NCBI GenBank assembly: GCA_027038175.1
Contig: JALVYB010000003.1
Coordinates: 8,438-72,437 of the forward strand
Source of the DNA: a candidate division WOR-3 bacterium
GTDB lineage: Bacteria > Hydrothermota > Hydrothermia > UBA1063 > CAJXJZ01
Length of the DNA stretch: 64,000 nt
Reading direction: 5' to 3'
Shown here: one piece after another, positions 31,561 through 41,726 of the stretch
Layout: each line of letters begins with the position of its first letter
How positions within the stretch are numbered: position 1 is the first letter of the stretch
Notes under the pieces: model-generated
The model's database searches: none
Told to the model about the DNA's origin: nothing
What the model saw: the letters and a program-made list of their open reading frames with translations, nothing else
Program-made: the position numbers and the translations under genes

Positions 31561-31769
31561 AGTCTCTCTATTTATTACCCTGTTGTGAATGTTCAAAAGT
31601 TTGATGATGTATTTCCTTGAATAACCTGTTAGTTCTTGAAAGTCATTTAATATAAGTGTCTTCTCTTTCCTGGTGGTTTTTTTATACCTTTTCTGGTTGG
31701 CCTTTATTCTTTTATTATGGATTTCTTTTGTTTTGCTTTAAGATTTTGATAGGGGATTTTTATATTCAT
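31561..31769 (-). pseudogene. possible remnant of the N-terminal HTH region of another DDE transposase/integrase, with an in-frame TAA
   Basis: Own translation: MNIKIPYQNLKAKQKKSIIKE-TAA-RPTRKGIKKTTRKEKTLILNDFQELTGYSRKYIIKLLNIHNRVINRET. It ends exactly at the IS256 right end. The KEK..IL.DF...TGYSRKY...LL pattern recalls IS481/ISNCY-type N-termini. No catalytic domain is present. Confidence 0.25.
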
Positions 31770-31927
31770 AGGGAGATCCTCCTTTTTTAGGGTATAAAAG
31801 GATACACCATCCTGGGAGCTCCCTCCTTCTGTTTTTGAAATTCTTATCTTACCTGAATTCTCGTTGTCTTTATTTTGAGGAAACATCACACCCTTCGGTG
31901 CAATTATTTTTGAGGAATAGCGACCTC

Positions 31928-31955
31928 TTGACTTTTCCGACATTTGCCTTAAAAT
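31928..31955 (+). promoter_or_regulatory. candidate promoter TTGACT-16nt-TAAAAT for the pilus gene cluster
   Basis: TTGACT 31928-31933, 16-nt spacer, TAAAAT 31950-31955, roughly 35-nt leader before the pilB ATG. Confidence 0.45.
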
Positions 31956-31996
31956 TATAAAGTTAGCAGAGAGAAAGAACGGGGGAATATTCGCAT

Positions 31997-33706
31997 ATGG
32001 ATAATGCTAAACTAATAAATTTATTGTTAAAATATAAAGCCATTAAACCTGAACAGGCAAAAAAGGCTCTTGAATTATCCAGACAGAGTGGTAAAGATGT
32101 GTTACAATCGCTCATCGACCTCGGGTTTATTTCTGAAGAAAGACTCCTTAGAATACTCTCTCAGCTGTTCCATGTTCAGATTGCAGAGTTTCCAGAAGGT
32201 GACCTCCCGGAGGAATTGATTAAAACCATACCACCGGATATAGCCAGAAAATATCAGGTTTTCCCGTACAAAAAGAAGGGGAAAATGCTTGTAGTCGCCA
32301 CATCTGACCCCACGAACGTTGAACTTATAGATAATCTCGCATTCCTTACAGGATACCGGATAAGTCTTGCCATTACGACAGAGAAGAAGATTAACCAGCT
32401 GATTAACAAATACTATGGGGAAGAGAGCAAAGCAGCAGAGGCGCTTAAAGAGGCTGAAGAGGAGGGAGAGGCCGAAGTTGTTGAGGAAAAAGAAGAGGCC
32501 ACAGAAGCCGAACTACAGGTTGCAAAAGAAGCACCTGTTGTAAAATATGTAAACGCCCTCCTTGTTGATGCTGTGAGACAACATGCAAGTGATATTCATA
32601 TAGAGCCTTTTGAAAAATTTATAAGAGTACGATTCAGGATTGATGGTACATTACACGAACTTCCTCGCCCTCCGCTTAAATGGAAACATGGTATTGTTGC
32701 CAGGGTAAAAATACTTGCAAGACTTGACATTGCAGAAAGAAGACTTCCACAGGATGGTCATATCAAATTAAAGGTTAAAGAGGGCGGGAAGGAAAGAGTA
32801 ATAGACTTCCGTGTTTCAACCCTCCCTGTAAAACACGGTGAAAAAGTTGTATTGAGAATTCTTGATAAATCAAATCTTACTTTAGACCTTGAAAAATTAG
32901 GGTTCGAAAAAGAGGCGCTTGAAAAATTTATGTACGCCATATCCCGTCCGTACGGTATAGTGCTTGTTACAGGACCAACTGGCTCAGGTAAAACGACAAC
33001 TCTGTATTCGGCTTTAAGTATTTTAAACAAACCCGACGTTAATATTATGACTGCTGAAGACCCTGTTGAATATGATTTCCCGGGCCTTAATCAGGTACAA
33101 ATTAGAGAGGAAATCGGTCTTACATTCGCAGCAGCCCTGCGCTCATTTCTGCGTCAGGACCCTGATATCATAATGGTAGGAGAAATCAGAGACGAGGAAA
33201 CGGCTTCCATTGCAGTGAAAGCAGCCTTAACCGGTCACCTTGTTCTCTCCACACTCCATACTAACGACGCACCAAGTACAATTACACGTTTAATTGACAT
33301 GGGTATTCCTCCATACCTCGTCGCAGACTCCCTTGTGCTTATTCAGGCACAGAGACTTGTAAGAAGGCTGTGCCCCAAGTGTAAAAAACCATATAAACCT
33401 ACTGTAGAAGAGTTACGGGCAGTAGGACTTGAACCGCAGGATATAGAAGGAAAAACTGTATATAAAAAGGGTGATGGGTGTGAGGTATGTAGAGGTAGTG
33501 GATACAAAGGTAGAGAAGGAATATACGAGGTAATGCTTATTACACCAGAAATACGGGAGATGATTCTCAACAAAAGACCCATTGCAGAAATAAGAGAGAA
33601 AGCAAGAGAACAGGGGATGTTAACACTTAGAGAGGCTGCCATGCTTAAATTCTTAAGAGGTATTACCTCCTTGGAAGAGGTAATAGCAAGAACAATGGAG
33701 GGATAA
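31997..33706 (+). CDS. pilB: type IV pilus assembly ATPase (GspE/PilB family)
   Basis: 569 aa. T2SSE_N domain, Walker A GPTGSGKTTT, Asp/His boxes, tetracysteine CPKCKK...CEVCRGSGYKGR. Confidence 0.85.
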   Translation: MDNAKLINLLLKYKAIKPEQAKKALELSRQSGKDVLQSLIDLGFISEERLLRILSQLFHVQIAEFPEGDLPEELIKTIPPDIARKYQVFPYKKKGKMLVVATSDPTNVELIDNLAFLTGYRISLAITTEKKINQLINKYYGEESKAAEALKEAEEEGEAEVVEEKEEATEAELQVAKEAPVVKYVNALLVDAVRQHASDIHIEPFEKFIRVRFRIDGTLHELPRPPLKWKHGIVARVKILARLDIAERRLPQDGHIKLKVKEGGKERVIDFRVSTLPVKHGEKVVLRILDKSNLTLDLEKLGFEKEALEKFMYAISRPYGIVLVTGPTGSGKTTTLYSALSILNKPDVNIMTAEDPVEYDFPGLNQVQIREEIGLTFAAALRSFLRQDPDIIMVGEIRDEETASIAVKAALTGHLVLSTLHTNDAPSTITRLIDMGIPPYLVADSLVLIQAQRLVRRLCPKCKKPYKPTVEELRAVGLEPQDIEGKTVYKKGDGCEVCRGSGYKGREGIYEVMLITPEIREMILNKRPIAEIREKAREQGMLTLREAAMLKFLRGITSLEEVIARTMEG

Positions 33707-33707
33707 T

Positions 33708-34793
33708 ATGCTAAATTTTACGATAAAGGAACTTCTTGAAGAGATGGTTATGAAGAAGGCTACAGACCTGCATCTTGTGGCAGGCGCCCCCCCGGTATAC
33801 AGAATAGATAAAAAACTCATACCAGCCCAGCAATATAAGTTCCTAATGCCCAATGACGTAAAACAGCTCGTTTATTCCCTCCTCACTGATACTCAGAGAA
33901 AAAGACTTGAAGAAGAACTTGAACTTGACTTTGCAATTTCAATTGAAGGTCTCTCAAGATTCAGGGCCAATGCCTTTTTCCAGAGGGGTTCCGTTGCAAT
34001 AGCTATAAGGAGAATTCCATTCCAGATTCCCCCTCTTGAAAAATTGGGACTTCCTCCAATTATTCATTCTCTTATTGAAAAGGATAAAGGTCTTATTCTT
34101 GTTACAGGTCCCACTGGAAGTGGTAAATCCACAACTCTTGCTGCCATGATAGACAGAATAAACTCAACAAGAGCAGAACACATTGTCACACTTGAGGACC
34201 CAATAGAATATCTTCATAGAAACAAGAAATCCATTATTGCCCAGAGAGAGGTGGGGCAGGATACACATAGTTTTGCAAGGGCATTAAAATACGTACTCCG
34301 TCAGGACCCGGATATTATAATGGTGGGTGAGATGAGAGACCTTGAAACCATTGAGGCGGCACTTGTTGCTGCTGAGACAGGACATCTTGTGATGGCTACT
34401 CTGCATACAAGTAGTGCCATAGAATCGGTTAACAGAATTATTGACGTATTTCCACCACATCAGCAGGGACAGGTGAGGGTTCAACTTGCTGGAGTTTTAG
34501 AAGCGGTTATTACCCAGAAACTTCTCACTCATGCAAAGGGGAAAGGAATGGTGCTGGCAAGCGAAGTGCTTGTTGCCACTCCCGCCATTCAAACGGTTAT
34601 AAGGGAAAGTAGAACTCATGAGGCATACGGAATAATGCAGGCGAGCCAGGCCTTTGGTATGCAAACCATGAATATGTCACTTGCCGACCTTTATAGGAAA
34701 GGACAGATTTCTCTGCAAACCGCACTCCTTGTATCACCTCGTCCTGACGAACTTAAGAGGATGATAAGCAAACAGGGAGGAGCGAAAAGATAA
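33708..34793 (+). CDS. pilT: type IV pilus retraction ATPase PilT
   Basis: 361 aa. ASDLHL-like TDLHLVAGAPP, GPTGSGKSTTLAAMID, HLVMATLHTSSA, and an AIRNLIRE-like AIQTVIRE. Confidence 0.9.
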   Translation: MLNFTIKELLEEMVMKKATDLHLVAGAPPVYRIDKKLIPAQQYKFLMPNDVKQLVYSLLTDTQRKRLEEELELDFAISIEGLSRFRANAFFQRGSVAIAIRRIPFQIPPLEKLGLPPIIHSLIEKDKGLILVTGPTGSGKSTTLAAMIDRINSTRAEHIVTLEDPIEYLHRNKKSIIAQREVGQDTHSFARALKYVLRQDPDIIMVGEMRDLETIEAALVAAETGHLVMATLHTSSAIESVNRIIDVFPPHQQGQVRVQLAGVLEAVITQKLLTHAKGKGMVLASEVLVATPAIQTVIRESRTHEAYGIMQASQAFGMQTMNMSLADLYRKGQISLQTALLVSPRPDELKRMISKQGGAKR

Positions 34794-34817
34794 ACTTGAT
34801 ATAAAAAGGAGGGTTTT

Positions 34818-36014
34818 ATGCCTGTTTTTGAATGGACAGCAAAAGATGCATCGGGTAGATTAAGAAGTGGGAAAATAAAGGCAAGAGACCTAACCGATGC
34901 ATCCAAAAAGGTTCAGGCAAGGGGATTGACAGATGTCAGCGTGAGAGAAGCCTCTTCTAAAAAAGGCGGTTTATTTAAACGTGTGAGCACAAGAGACCTT
35001 GCTATTTTTTCAAGACAATTTGCTGTAATGATTGAAGCAGGTATTCCTATAGTTCAGGCTCTTGAAATCCTTGGAGAACAGACACAAAATGGATATTTCT
35101 CATCAGTAATATCTGAAGTGCGTGAAATGGTTGAAACAGGTAAAACCCTTGCAGAATCCATGGAAAAATACCCAAAAGCATTTCCCACACTACTTACACA
35201 AATGGTTGCAGTGGGTGAGACCGGTGGTGCACTCGCGGAAACGCTAAAGGAAGTAGCAAGTTACTATGAAAAAATGGACTCTCTTAAACGTAAAATTAAG
35301 TCTGCAATGATGTATCCTATGATCGTCCTCGTAATTACTGTTCTTATTGTAGGTGGTCTTTTAATATTTGTGGTTCCACAGTTCGCCAGTATTTACGCGG
35401 ATATGGGAGCACAACTCCCCGGTCCAACCCTCATCGTTATTAAATTATCCAACATTCTCATACACAACATACTCTGGGTTTTGATAGGTACCGTGGTTTT
35501 GATTGTACTTTTCAAACGATTCCTGAGTTCAAAGAAAGGACGAGCACTGTGGGATTCATTTATTCTTCGAGTTATTATCTTCGGGCCACTTGTTCAAAAA
35601 TCTTCAATCGCCCGTTTCTCGAGAACACTCTCCATTCTCCTTACAAGCGGTGTACCTATTTTGCAGAGTCTTGAAATTACCGCAAAGGCATCCGGTAACT
35701 ACGTAATAGCACAGGCAGTTATGAAAGCAAGAGAGAGAATCGGAGAAGGTAAAACAATCGGAGGTCCCCTGAGAGAAACCGGTATATTCCCCCCACTTGT
35801 AGTGCACCTTGTCACAGTGGGTGAACAAACAGGTAGGCTTTCGGAGATGTTGGACAGGATTGCAACATTCTATGAAGAAGAAGTAGATGCTGCTGTTGAG
35901 GGATTATCCTCAATCATAGAGCCAATAATGCTGGTATTTATTGGTGCTATAGTTGGAGGAATACTTATAGCACTTTATCTCCCTATTTTCAAACTGGGAG
36001 CAACCATCAAGTAA
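34818..36014 (+). CDS. pilC: type IV pilus platform protein PilC (two T2SSF repeats)
   Basis: 398 aa. FSRQFAVMIEAGIPIVQAL and FSRTLSILLTSGVPILQSL repeats, three TM segments. Confidence 0.85.
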   Translation: MPVFEWTAKDASGRLRSGKIKARDLTDASKKVQARGLTDVSVREASSKKGGLFKRVSTRDLAIFSRQFAVMIEAGIPIVQALEILGEQTQNGYFSSVISEVREMVETGKTLAESMEKYPKAFPTLLTQMVAVGETGGALAETLKEVASYYEKMDSLKRKIKSAMMYPMIVLVITVLIVGGLLIFVVPQFASIYADMGAQLPGPTLIVIKLSNILIHNILWVLIGTVVLIVLFKRFLSSKKGRALWDSFILRVIIFGPLVQKSSIARFSRTLSILLTSGVPILQSLEITAKASGNYVIAQAVMKARERIGEGKTIGGPLRETGIFPPLVVHLVTVGEQTGRLSEMLDRIATFYEEEVDAAVEGLSSIIEPIMLVFIGAIVGGILIALYLPIFKLGATIK

Positions 36015-36015
36015 A

Positions 36016-37518
36016 TTGCAGAGAATAGATTCACAGAGAGCCAGAGAGCTCTTTTTTGTGGAGCTCGTTGGCTCTCTTTCAATTTTATTTATATGGTTTA
36101 TCAGCCTTTACTTTCTGAAAGATACGCCTTTCTACAGGACTTATATTCGCATCTTATCTTATACATTTCTTGTTTATGTATCTTTCAACATACTTCTTGA
36201 GGAGATTCTGGCAAGGTTTATAAACCGCACAGTACTCCTCATTATCAATATTTTCGTCCTTACATTTATACTGGAAGGCGTTTCCATTGCCACCGGCATA
36301 CCCTTTAATAGGCTTAACTACCTCATGATTCTACCGGTAGTCCTTTCAGCCTATTTTTTAGGACTTGCTGCAGGGATTTTATTCTCCATAATGAGCATTG
36401 CCATATTCGCCCTATCTCACATCTATATACTTCACCTCTCTCATGCAATGCAGGATATTGCTTTCTACTCCTCGATTTACTTTTTCACAGACCTCATGCT
36501 GATTTCAATAGCAGTTTATATGAGAGAAAACATACAGAGTACTCGGGCAAAACTTAGGAAAGCAGAGATTTCCAAAGAGAGAATCCTTGAAAGTATTCCC
36601 TCAGGCGTTCTTGTTCTTGATGAGAACAATACCCCCATTTACACGAACCCGCATGCCTTAAAAATCATGACTCAGGAAGAACTTAACGCATTTGTAGAAA
36701 AACTCTCCCCGCAGGAGACTGAGACACGAAAAGAGATACAACTTGGCAACAAAATTATAGGTTATTCTGTAAGAACACTTCCTGACAATGAAAAAATCAT
36801 CATCTTTCAGGATGTAACTTCAATAAAAAAACTGGAAAAAGAACGCGAATTAAATAAAAAACTCATTGCTCTTGGGGAGATGTCTGCCCAACTGGCACAT
36901 GAACTGCGTAATCCGTTAACCTCAATAATTACAGCGACCGAACTTTTAAAAGAAGAAGGGACAAATAAGAATATGCTTATGGAAAAGATAATAGAGGGCT
37001 CTGAAAGATTAAACAGATTGATAACCGAATTTCTATCTTTTACAAAAATAACTGGAGCAAAAAAAAACCGGGTAAACCTCAGCAAAATCGTGAAAGAAAC
37101 GACAGACAGATTTGCGTGGCAATATAAAGACATCCATATAATTCACAATATTCAGGAAGACGTCTATATTCCAGGTGACCCGGGGCTGCTCGTTTCAGTA
37201 ATTGAAAATCTCCTGCAAAACGCAGTAGAAGCACTCTATGAAAGCGAGGTGAAAAAAATTGAAGTGACCCTTTCCATAAGAGATGGCAAAGCGGTCCTTA
37301 CTGTGAAAGATACCGGTGAGGGAATAGATAAAAATACTCTTGAACACATCTTTGACCCGTTCTTCACCACAAAAACCTATGGAACAGGGCTTGGTCTTTC
37401 CCTTGTAAGAAAAATCTTGTCCTACCATAACGCTGAGATTAAAATTAAAAGTGAGAAACAAAAAGGCACTGAATTTGAGATTATTTTTCCACTAAATAAC
37501 AGGGAAAATGAAAAATAA
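36016..37518 (+). CDS. multi-TM sensor histidine kinase (PilS-like)
   Basis: 500 aa. About 5-6 N-terminal TM helices, a PAS-like segment, H-box LAHELRNPLTSI, LLQNAVEA, VKDTGEGI, GTGLGLSLV. TTG start from the track. Confidence 0.75.
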   Translation: MQRIDSQRARELFFVELVGSLSILFIWFISLYFLKDTPFYRTYIRILSYTFLVYVSFNILLEEILARFINRTVLLIINIFVLTFILEGVSIATGIPFNRLNYLMILPVVLSAYFLGLAAGILFSIMSIAIFALSHIYILHLSHAMQDIAFYSSIYFFTDLMLISIAVYMRENIQSTRAKLRKAEISKERILESIPSGVLVLDENNTPIYTNPHALKIMTQEELNAFVEKLSPQETETRKEIQLGNKIIGYSVRTLPDNEKIIIFQDVTSIKKLEKERELNKKLIALGEMSAQLAHELRNPLTSIITATELLKEEGTNKNMLMEKIIEGSERLNRLITEFLSFTKITGAKKNRVNLSKIVKETTDRFAWQYKDIHIIHNIQEDVYIPGDPGLLVSVIENLLQNAVEALYESEVKKIEVTLSIRDGKAVLTVKDTGEGIDKNTLEHIFDPFFTTKTYGTGLGLSLVRKILSYHNAEIKIKSEKQKGTEFEIIFPLNNRENEK

Positions 37519-38857
37519 TTACAAGGTTCTTATAGTTGACGATGATAGGGCAATAGGTGATGTTCTATCAGAATACCTGCGTAAAAAAGGATTCACAGTA
37601 TTTACAGAAACCGATCCACGAAAGGTTGAACACAAAGTAAAAACACTCCTGCCTGATATAGTAATGTTAGACGTTAGAATGCCACATATTGACGGAATGA
37701 CCCTTCTTAAAACTATCAAGGAAGAGGAAATATACACCGTGATGATGACAGCCTATGCCACAATGGAAAACATCATAGAAGCATTCCGTGAGGGTGTGGA
37801 CGATTATTTACTCAAACCATTTAAATTAAGAGACGTGGACATCATTTTAAAGAGAGCAATGAAAATCCTCAATCTTCGCTCGGCTTACCACAACCTGAAA
37901 GAGGAAATAGAGAAAATCCAGGAGGAACAAATAATTACTCAGAATGAAAGCATGATAAGAATCCTGCAGGATGCAAAAGAAGTGGCTTCACTTGACATAA
38001 CTGTTATCATTTATGGTGAAAGTGGAACGGGAAAAGACCTTCTGGCGAGATTCATTCATCAACATTCTCGCAGAAAAGATGGACCATTTATACCTGTTAA
38101 CCTCGGAGCAATACCTTCAGAAATTGCAGAAAGTGAACTTTTTGGGCATAAGAAGGGTGCCTTTACAGGGGCAGTTGAAAACAGAGAAGGTCTTTTTAAA
38201 GCAGCAGAAGGAGGCACTATTTTTTTAGATGAAATTGGAGAAGCAAGTCCCAATCTTCAGGTAAAACTCTTAAGAGCCATTGAAACAAAAAGAATACTTC
38301 CACTGGGCTCAACGCAGGAGGTACCGGTTGACGTTCGGATAATCGCAGCAACCAACAAGAACCTTGAAGAAGAGGTGAAAAAAGGGAATTTCAGGGAAGA
38401 CCTTTACTTCAGGTTAAACACTGTTCCATTCCGTCTCCCACCTCTTAGAGAGAGAAAGGAGGATATTCCTCTTCTTGTGGAGTATTTCATAAAACGTGCT
38501 GCCATAACACATGGCGTTAAAGAGAAAAAAATCAGCAAAGATGCCCTATACCTCCTTGAAAACTATAACTGGCCCGGTAATATTAGAGAACTTCGGTATG
38601 TTATTGAGCGCGCCCTCATTCTTTCCAAAAAGGACACAATCACAGCAGAAGATATTATTCTAAACCCCGTTGAAAAAAGTGCCCGCACTGAACGACCTGT
38701 GACATTTGAAATTAAACCTTTAACAGAAATGGAAAAAGAACTTATAAGAAGGGCACTTTCTGTGTATAAGAACAAAAAAGAGGCGGCACGGGTTCTTGGT
38801 ATTGACCCTTCAACGCTTTACAGAAAAATGAAAAAATACGGGATAAAGGAGGAGTAA
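37508..38857 (+). CDS. sigma54-dependent response regulator (NtrC/PilR family)
   Basis: 449 aa. Receiver (LDVRMPHIDG), AAA+ GESGTGKDL, GAFTGA loop, C-terminal Fis-type HTH (AARVLGIDPSTLYRKMKKYGI). Confidence 0.85.
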   Translation: MKNNYKVLIVDDDRAIGDVLSEYLRKKGFTVFTETDPRKVEHKVKTLLPDIVMLDVRMPHIDGMTLLKTIKEEEIYTVMMTAYATMENIIEAFREGVDDYLLKPFKLRDVDIILKRAMKILNLRSAYHNLKEEIEKIQEEQIITQNESMIRILQDAKEVASLDITVIIYGESGTGKDLLARFIHQHSRRKDGPFIPVNLGAIPSEIAESELFGHKKGAFTGAVENREGLFKAAEGGTIFLDEIGEASPNLQVKLLRAIETKRILPLGSTQEVPVDVRIIAATNKNLEEEVKKGNFREDLYFRLNTVPFRLPPLRERKEDIPLLVEYFIKRAAITHGVKEKKISKDALYLLENYNWPGNIRELRYVIERALILSKKDTITAEDIILNPVEKSARTERPVTFEIKPLTEMEKELIRRALSVYKNKKEAARVLGIDPSTLYRKMKKYGIKEE

Positions 38858-39793
38858 ATGAAAATAATGGTAACAGGCGGAGCAGGGTTTATAGGCTCCC
38901 ATGTTGTTGATGAATATATCAAGGAAGGACACGAGGTTCTTGTTATTGATAACCTTAATTCCGGAAGAAGGGAACACATTAACAAAAAGGCACTTTTTTT
39001 TGAAGTAGATATACGGGATAGTGACGCACTGGAAAAGGTCTTCCGTGATTTCAGACCTGATGTAATAAATCATCATGCTGCGCAGATAAGCGTGGTGTAT
39101 TCCATGAAAAATCCGGAACTCGACATAGACATCAACATAAAAGGCACTCTCAACCTCATAGAACTTGCAGGTAAATACAATGTGAGGAAGTTTATTTTTG
39201 CCTCAACAGGAGGCGCACTATATGGTGAACCTCAAGGACTACCGTGCACAGAAGAACACCCAATACTCCCTCTTGCACCATATGGAATAGACAAAGCAAC
39301 AGCCGAGCACTATATACGAGTATATGCCGATATTTTTGGCTACAATTATGTTATTTTACGATACGCAAACGTTTACGGTCCACGACAGGACCCCTTTGGT
39401 GAAGCAGGAGTTGTTGCGATTTTTACAATGCGCATGCTGAAAAACCAGAACTGTACAATATTTGGAGACGGGAATCAAAGCAGAGATTTTGTTTTTGTTG
39501 AAGATGTGGCAAACGCAAATCTTATGGCGCTCCACTATGAACCACAAGAAGACATCCTTCCTGTGTTTAATATAGCCACATCTGTACCAACAACTGTAAA
39601 TGAGATTTTCAAAACCCTCAAAGAACTTGTTTCATACGATAAAGACCCGGTTTATGAAAAGAAGAGGGAAGGAGAGGTTTACAGAATATACCTGTCCTAT
39701 GAAAAAGCCAGAAAGTATCTTGGATGGTCACCACGATTTTCAATAAAAGAAGGACTTAAGATGACAGTTGAATGGTTTAAAGGAGGAGTATAA
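38858..39793 (+). CDS. galE: NAD-dependent sugar epimerase (UDP-glucose 4-epimerase-like)
   Basis: 311 aa. VTGGAGFIGSH Rossmann motif, YGIDKATAEHY (YxxxK). Confidence 0.75.
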   Translation: MKIMVTGGAGFIGSHVVDEYIKEGHEVLVIDNLNSGRREHINKKALFFEVDIRDSDALEKVFRDFRPDVINHHAAQISVVYSMKNPELDIDINIKGTLNLIELAGKYNVRKFIFASTGGALYGEPQGLPCTEEHPILPLAPYGIDKATAEHYIRVYADIFGYNYVILRYANVYGPRQDPFGEAGVVAIFTMRMLKNQNCTIFGDGNQSRDFVFVEDVANANLMALHYEPQEDILPVFNIATSVPTTVNEIFKTLKELVSYDKDPVYEKKREGEVYRIYLSYEKARKYLGWSPRFSIKEGLKMTVEWFKGGV

Positions 39794-41664
39794 TGCATAT
39801 ACTTCTACTTTTTGCAATGATTATAGGGTCAGGAAATGATAACATTTCGGGTTACTATCTATCTGGAGAAACATACCCGGGAGGAGTTGTAGAGGCCTAT
39901 GAAAAGGCTTCGAAAAAACCCGAAAATGATATTGTAGTAACTCTGGATTTACCTCTATATGTATTTGGGGAGTTACTTGATGAAAGCATGTACGAGATTG
40001 AGGACAAAATACTTTATGATAGTCTGACAGTATTTCTCAAAGAGATATTATCTATGAACCGTCGCTACAAGTACACCAAGTGCAGACGTGCAAAAGAAAG
40101 CGCCCTTTTACTTGATGCATACCTGAAAGTTCCTCTATATTTCTTAACAGGTGATAATACACTATTACAGCGGAAAGAAATAAAAGAAGAGGTAGAACTC
40201 ATAAAAAATGCCAGCGAAATAGCCACCTCTCCTATATTTAAAATCAAAGAGGACTACTCACAGTACAAACCACGTTCCCATTACACGAGAACTAAAAGGA
40301 TGAGAAACTACTTCAGAGCAATGATGTACTTAGGAAGAATGGGCTTTTTCCCTTTATCCACAGAAGCACCAGATTTGCAGAGCCAGAATATGGGGGCTGC
40401 TATTATCCTTTCAAAAATCATAACCCAAAACCCCAGAATAAGGTCAAAATACAGGTTTATATCAGGAATTATAAACTCAATAGTCGGGAAAAGCGATGAT
40501 TATACACCCCTGGAGTTTTTAAAAATAGTAAAAGGCTATAATGTTATTCCAGATAATGCCATTTGCTCTGAAGAATTTGACTCAAAAATCATAGAGGGAC
40601 TTAAAGAAGAAAAAAAGCCTGGAATATTTTCAACCCTTGTGCGGGATACTGATACACCTCTGGTAAGCCAGATAGCCATAAAACTCTTCGGACAGAGATG
40701 GATTTTAGACTCTTACGTATTCCAGAATCTTGTGTATGATAAAGTCGGAACAAAGAGCAAGCCAAGGCTCCTACCGCGTGGACTTGACCTCCAGGCAGTA
40801 CTTGGCTCAGAAAGAGCGATGGATATTCTGATAGACGAATATAAGGAAGACCGATATAAAAATTACCTATCTCAAATGGAATCTCTTCAACGACTCATTC
40901 AGGAAAAAGGTGATTCCATTTTCGACCTTTCACTTTACCATATGCTCCTTGGAATAGAGAGAAATTATATCAAAGCAAGGAAAAATTCTCCCATATTTAC
41001 TTATGATGAAAAAAAATATGAAGACAAAAAACTCATAACAAACCTCGGGACATGGGCACTTCTCAAACATTCCACTCTACTTTACGGGAAACAGAGTTAC
41101 ACAGTGGGTATAACATCAGTTGGTCCTGGCTTGGAGAAAAAAACTCTCACCCTTGTTGAACCATACCCTGATATCATTGGAGACATACGTTCCCTCAATG
41201 CCAAACTTATGAAACTCGCAAAAAATCTTGATGTCTACGAAAATATAAAGGAACTGGACAATCTTCTAACTCTTATGCTAAAGATAGCGCTAATGGAGGA
41301 AAATGGTATACCATCACAAAAAGCGATGAATGAACTCAGGTTCTTTTTAAAACACAATAATCTTCTACGCAAAGAAGACAAGAATCTCGATGTTCCCCTT
41401 AAAGTAGCGGATGTTCATACTGACCCCAATTCAAAGAAAGTCCTGGAAGTCGCAACAGGCTTTCCATTTAGGATAACATACATCCTCACAGATGGCAGAA
41501 AAGCAGATGGTTTCATAATGTCATACTACGAATTCTCAAACAGCATGGAAAATAGATTAAGTGATAGAGAATGGGAAAAACTCTTAAAGGAAAAAAAGAT
41601 TGCTCCCCCTGTCTGGATAAAAAAACTATTTATTAAAAAAGTACCTCAGAGTAGGGATTTTTGA
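39793..41664 (+). CDS. DUF3160-like protein of unknown function
   Basis: 623 aa. The segment DYSQYKPRSHYTRTKRMRNYFRAMMYLGRMGF matches my memory of the DUF3160 signature. Assignment not verified. Confidence 0.5.
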   Translation: MHILLLFAMIIGSGNDNISGYYLSGETYPGGVVEAYEKASKKPENDIVVTLDLPLYVFGELLDESMYEIEDKILYDSLTVFLKEILSMNRRYKYTKCRRAKESALLLDAYLKVPLYFLTGDNTLLQRKEIKEEVELIKNASEIATSPIFKIKEDYSQYKPRSHYTRTKRMRNYFRAMMYLGRMGFFPLSTEAPDLQSQNMGAAIILSKIITQNPRIRSKYRFISGIINSIVGKSDDYTPLEFLKIVKGYNVIPDNAICSEEFDSKIIEGLKEEKKPGIFSTLVRDTDTPLVSQIAIKLFGQRWILDSYVFQNLVYDKVGTKSKPRLLPRGLDLQAVLGSERAMDILIDEYKEDRYKNYLSQMESLQRLIQEKGDSIFDLSLYHMLLGIERNYIKARKNSPIFTYDEKKYEDKKLITNLGTWALLKHSTLLYGKQSYTVGITSVGPGLEKKTLTLVEPYPDIIGDIRSLNAKLMKLAKNLDVYENIKELDNLLTLMLKIALMEENGIPSQKAMNELRFFLKHNNLLRKEDKNLDVPLKVADVHTDPNSKKVLEVATGFPFRITYILTDGRKADGFIMSYYEFSNSMENRLSDREWEKLLKEKKIAPPVWIKKLFIKKVPQSRDF

Positions 41665-41671
41665 CTTTTGC

Positions 41672-41700
41672 TTGCCAGTTAACCCAATTGGTAATATAAT
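41672..41700 (+). promoter_or_regulatory. sigma70-type promoter TTGCCA-17nt-TATAAT
   Basis: TTGCCA 41672-41677, 17-nt spacer, TATAAT 41695-41700, then a leader with AAGGAGGT before the ATG at 41727. Confidence 0.6.
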
Positions 41701-41726
41701 AGAATATCAACAAAAGGAGGTAGAAA

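Noticed and set aside
31704-31943. 79-aa minus-strand ORF between the IS and pilB
   Set aside because: Most of it overlaps the pilB promoter candidate and has no recognisable domain. Only its 3' end plus the following frame (reported as a low-confidence remnant) looks transposase-like.
31997-32190. Possible c-di-GMP-binding MshEN motif in the PilB N-terminus
   Set aside because: The first 24-residue motif lacks the conserved Arg and both Gly positions (KLINLLLKYKAI...). Only the generic T2SSE_N fold is supported.
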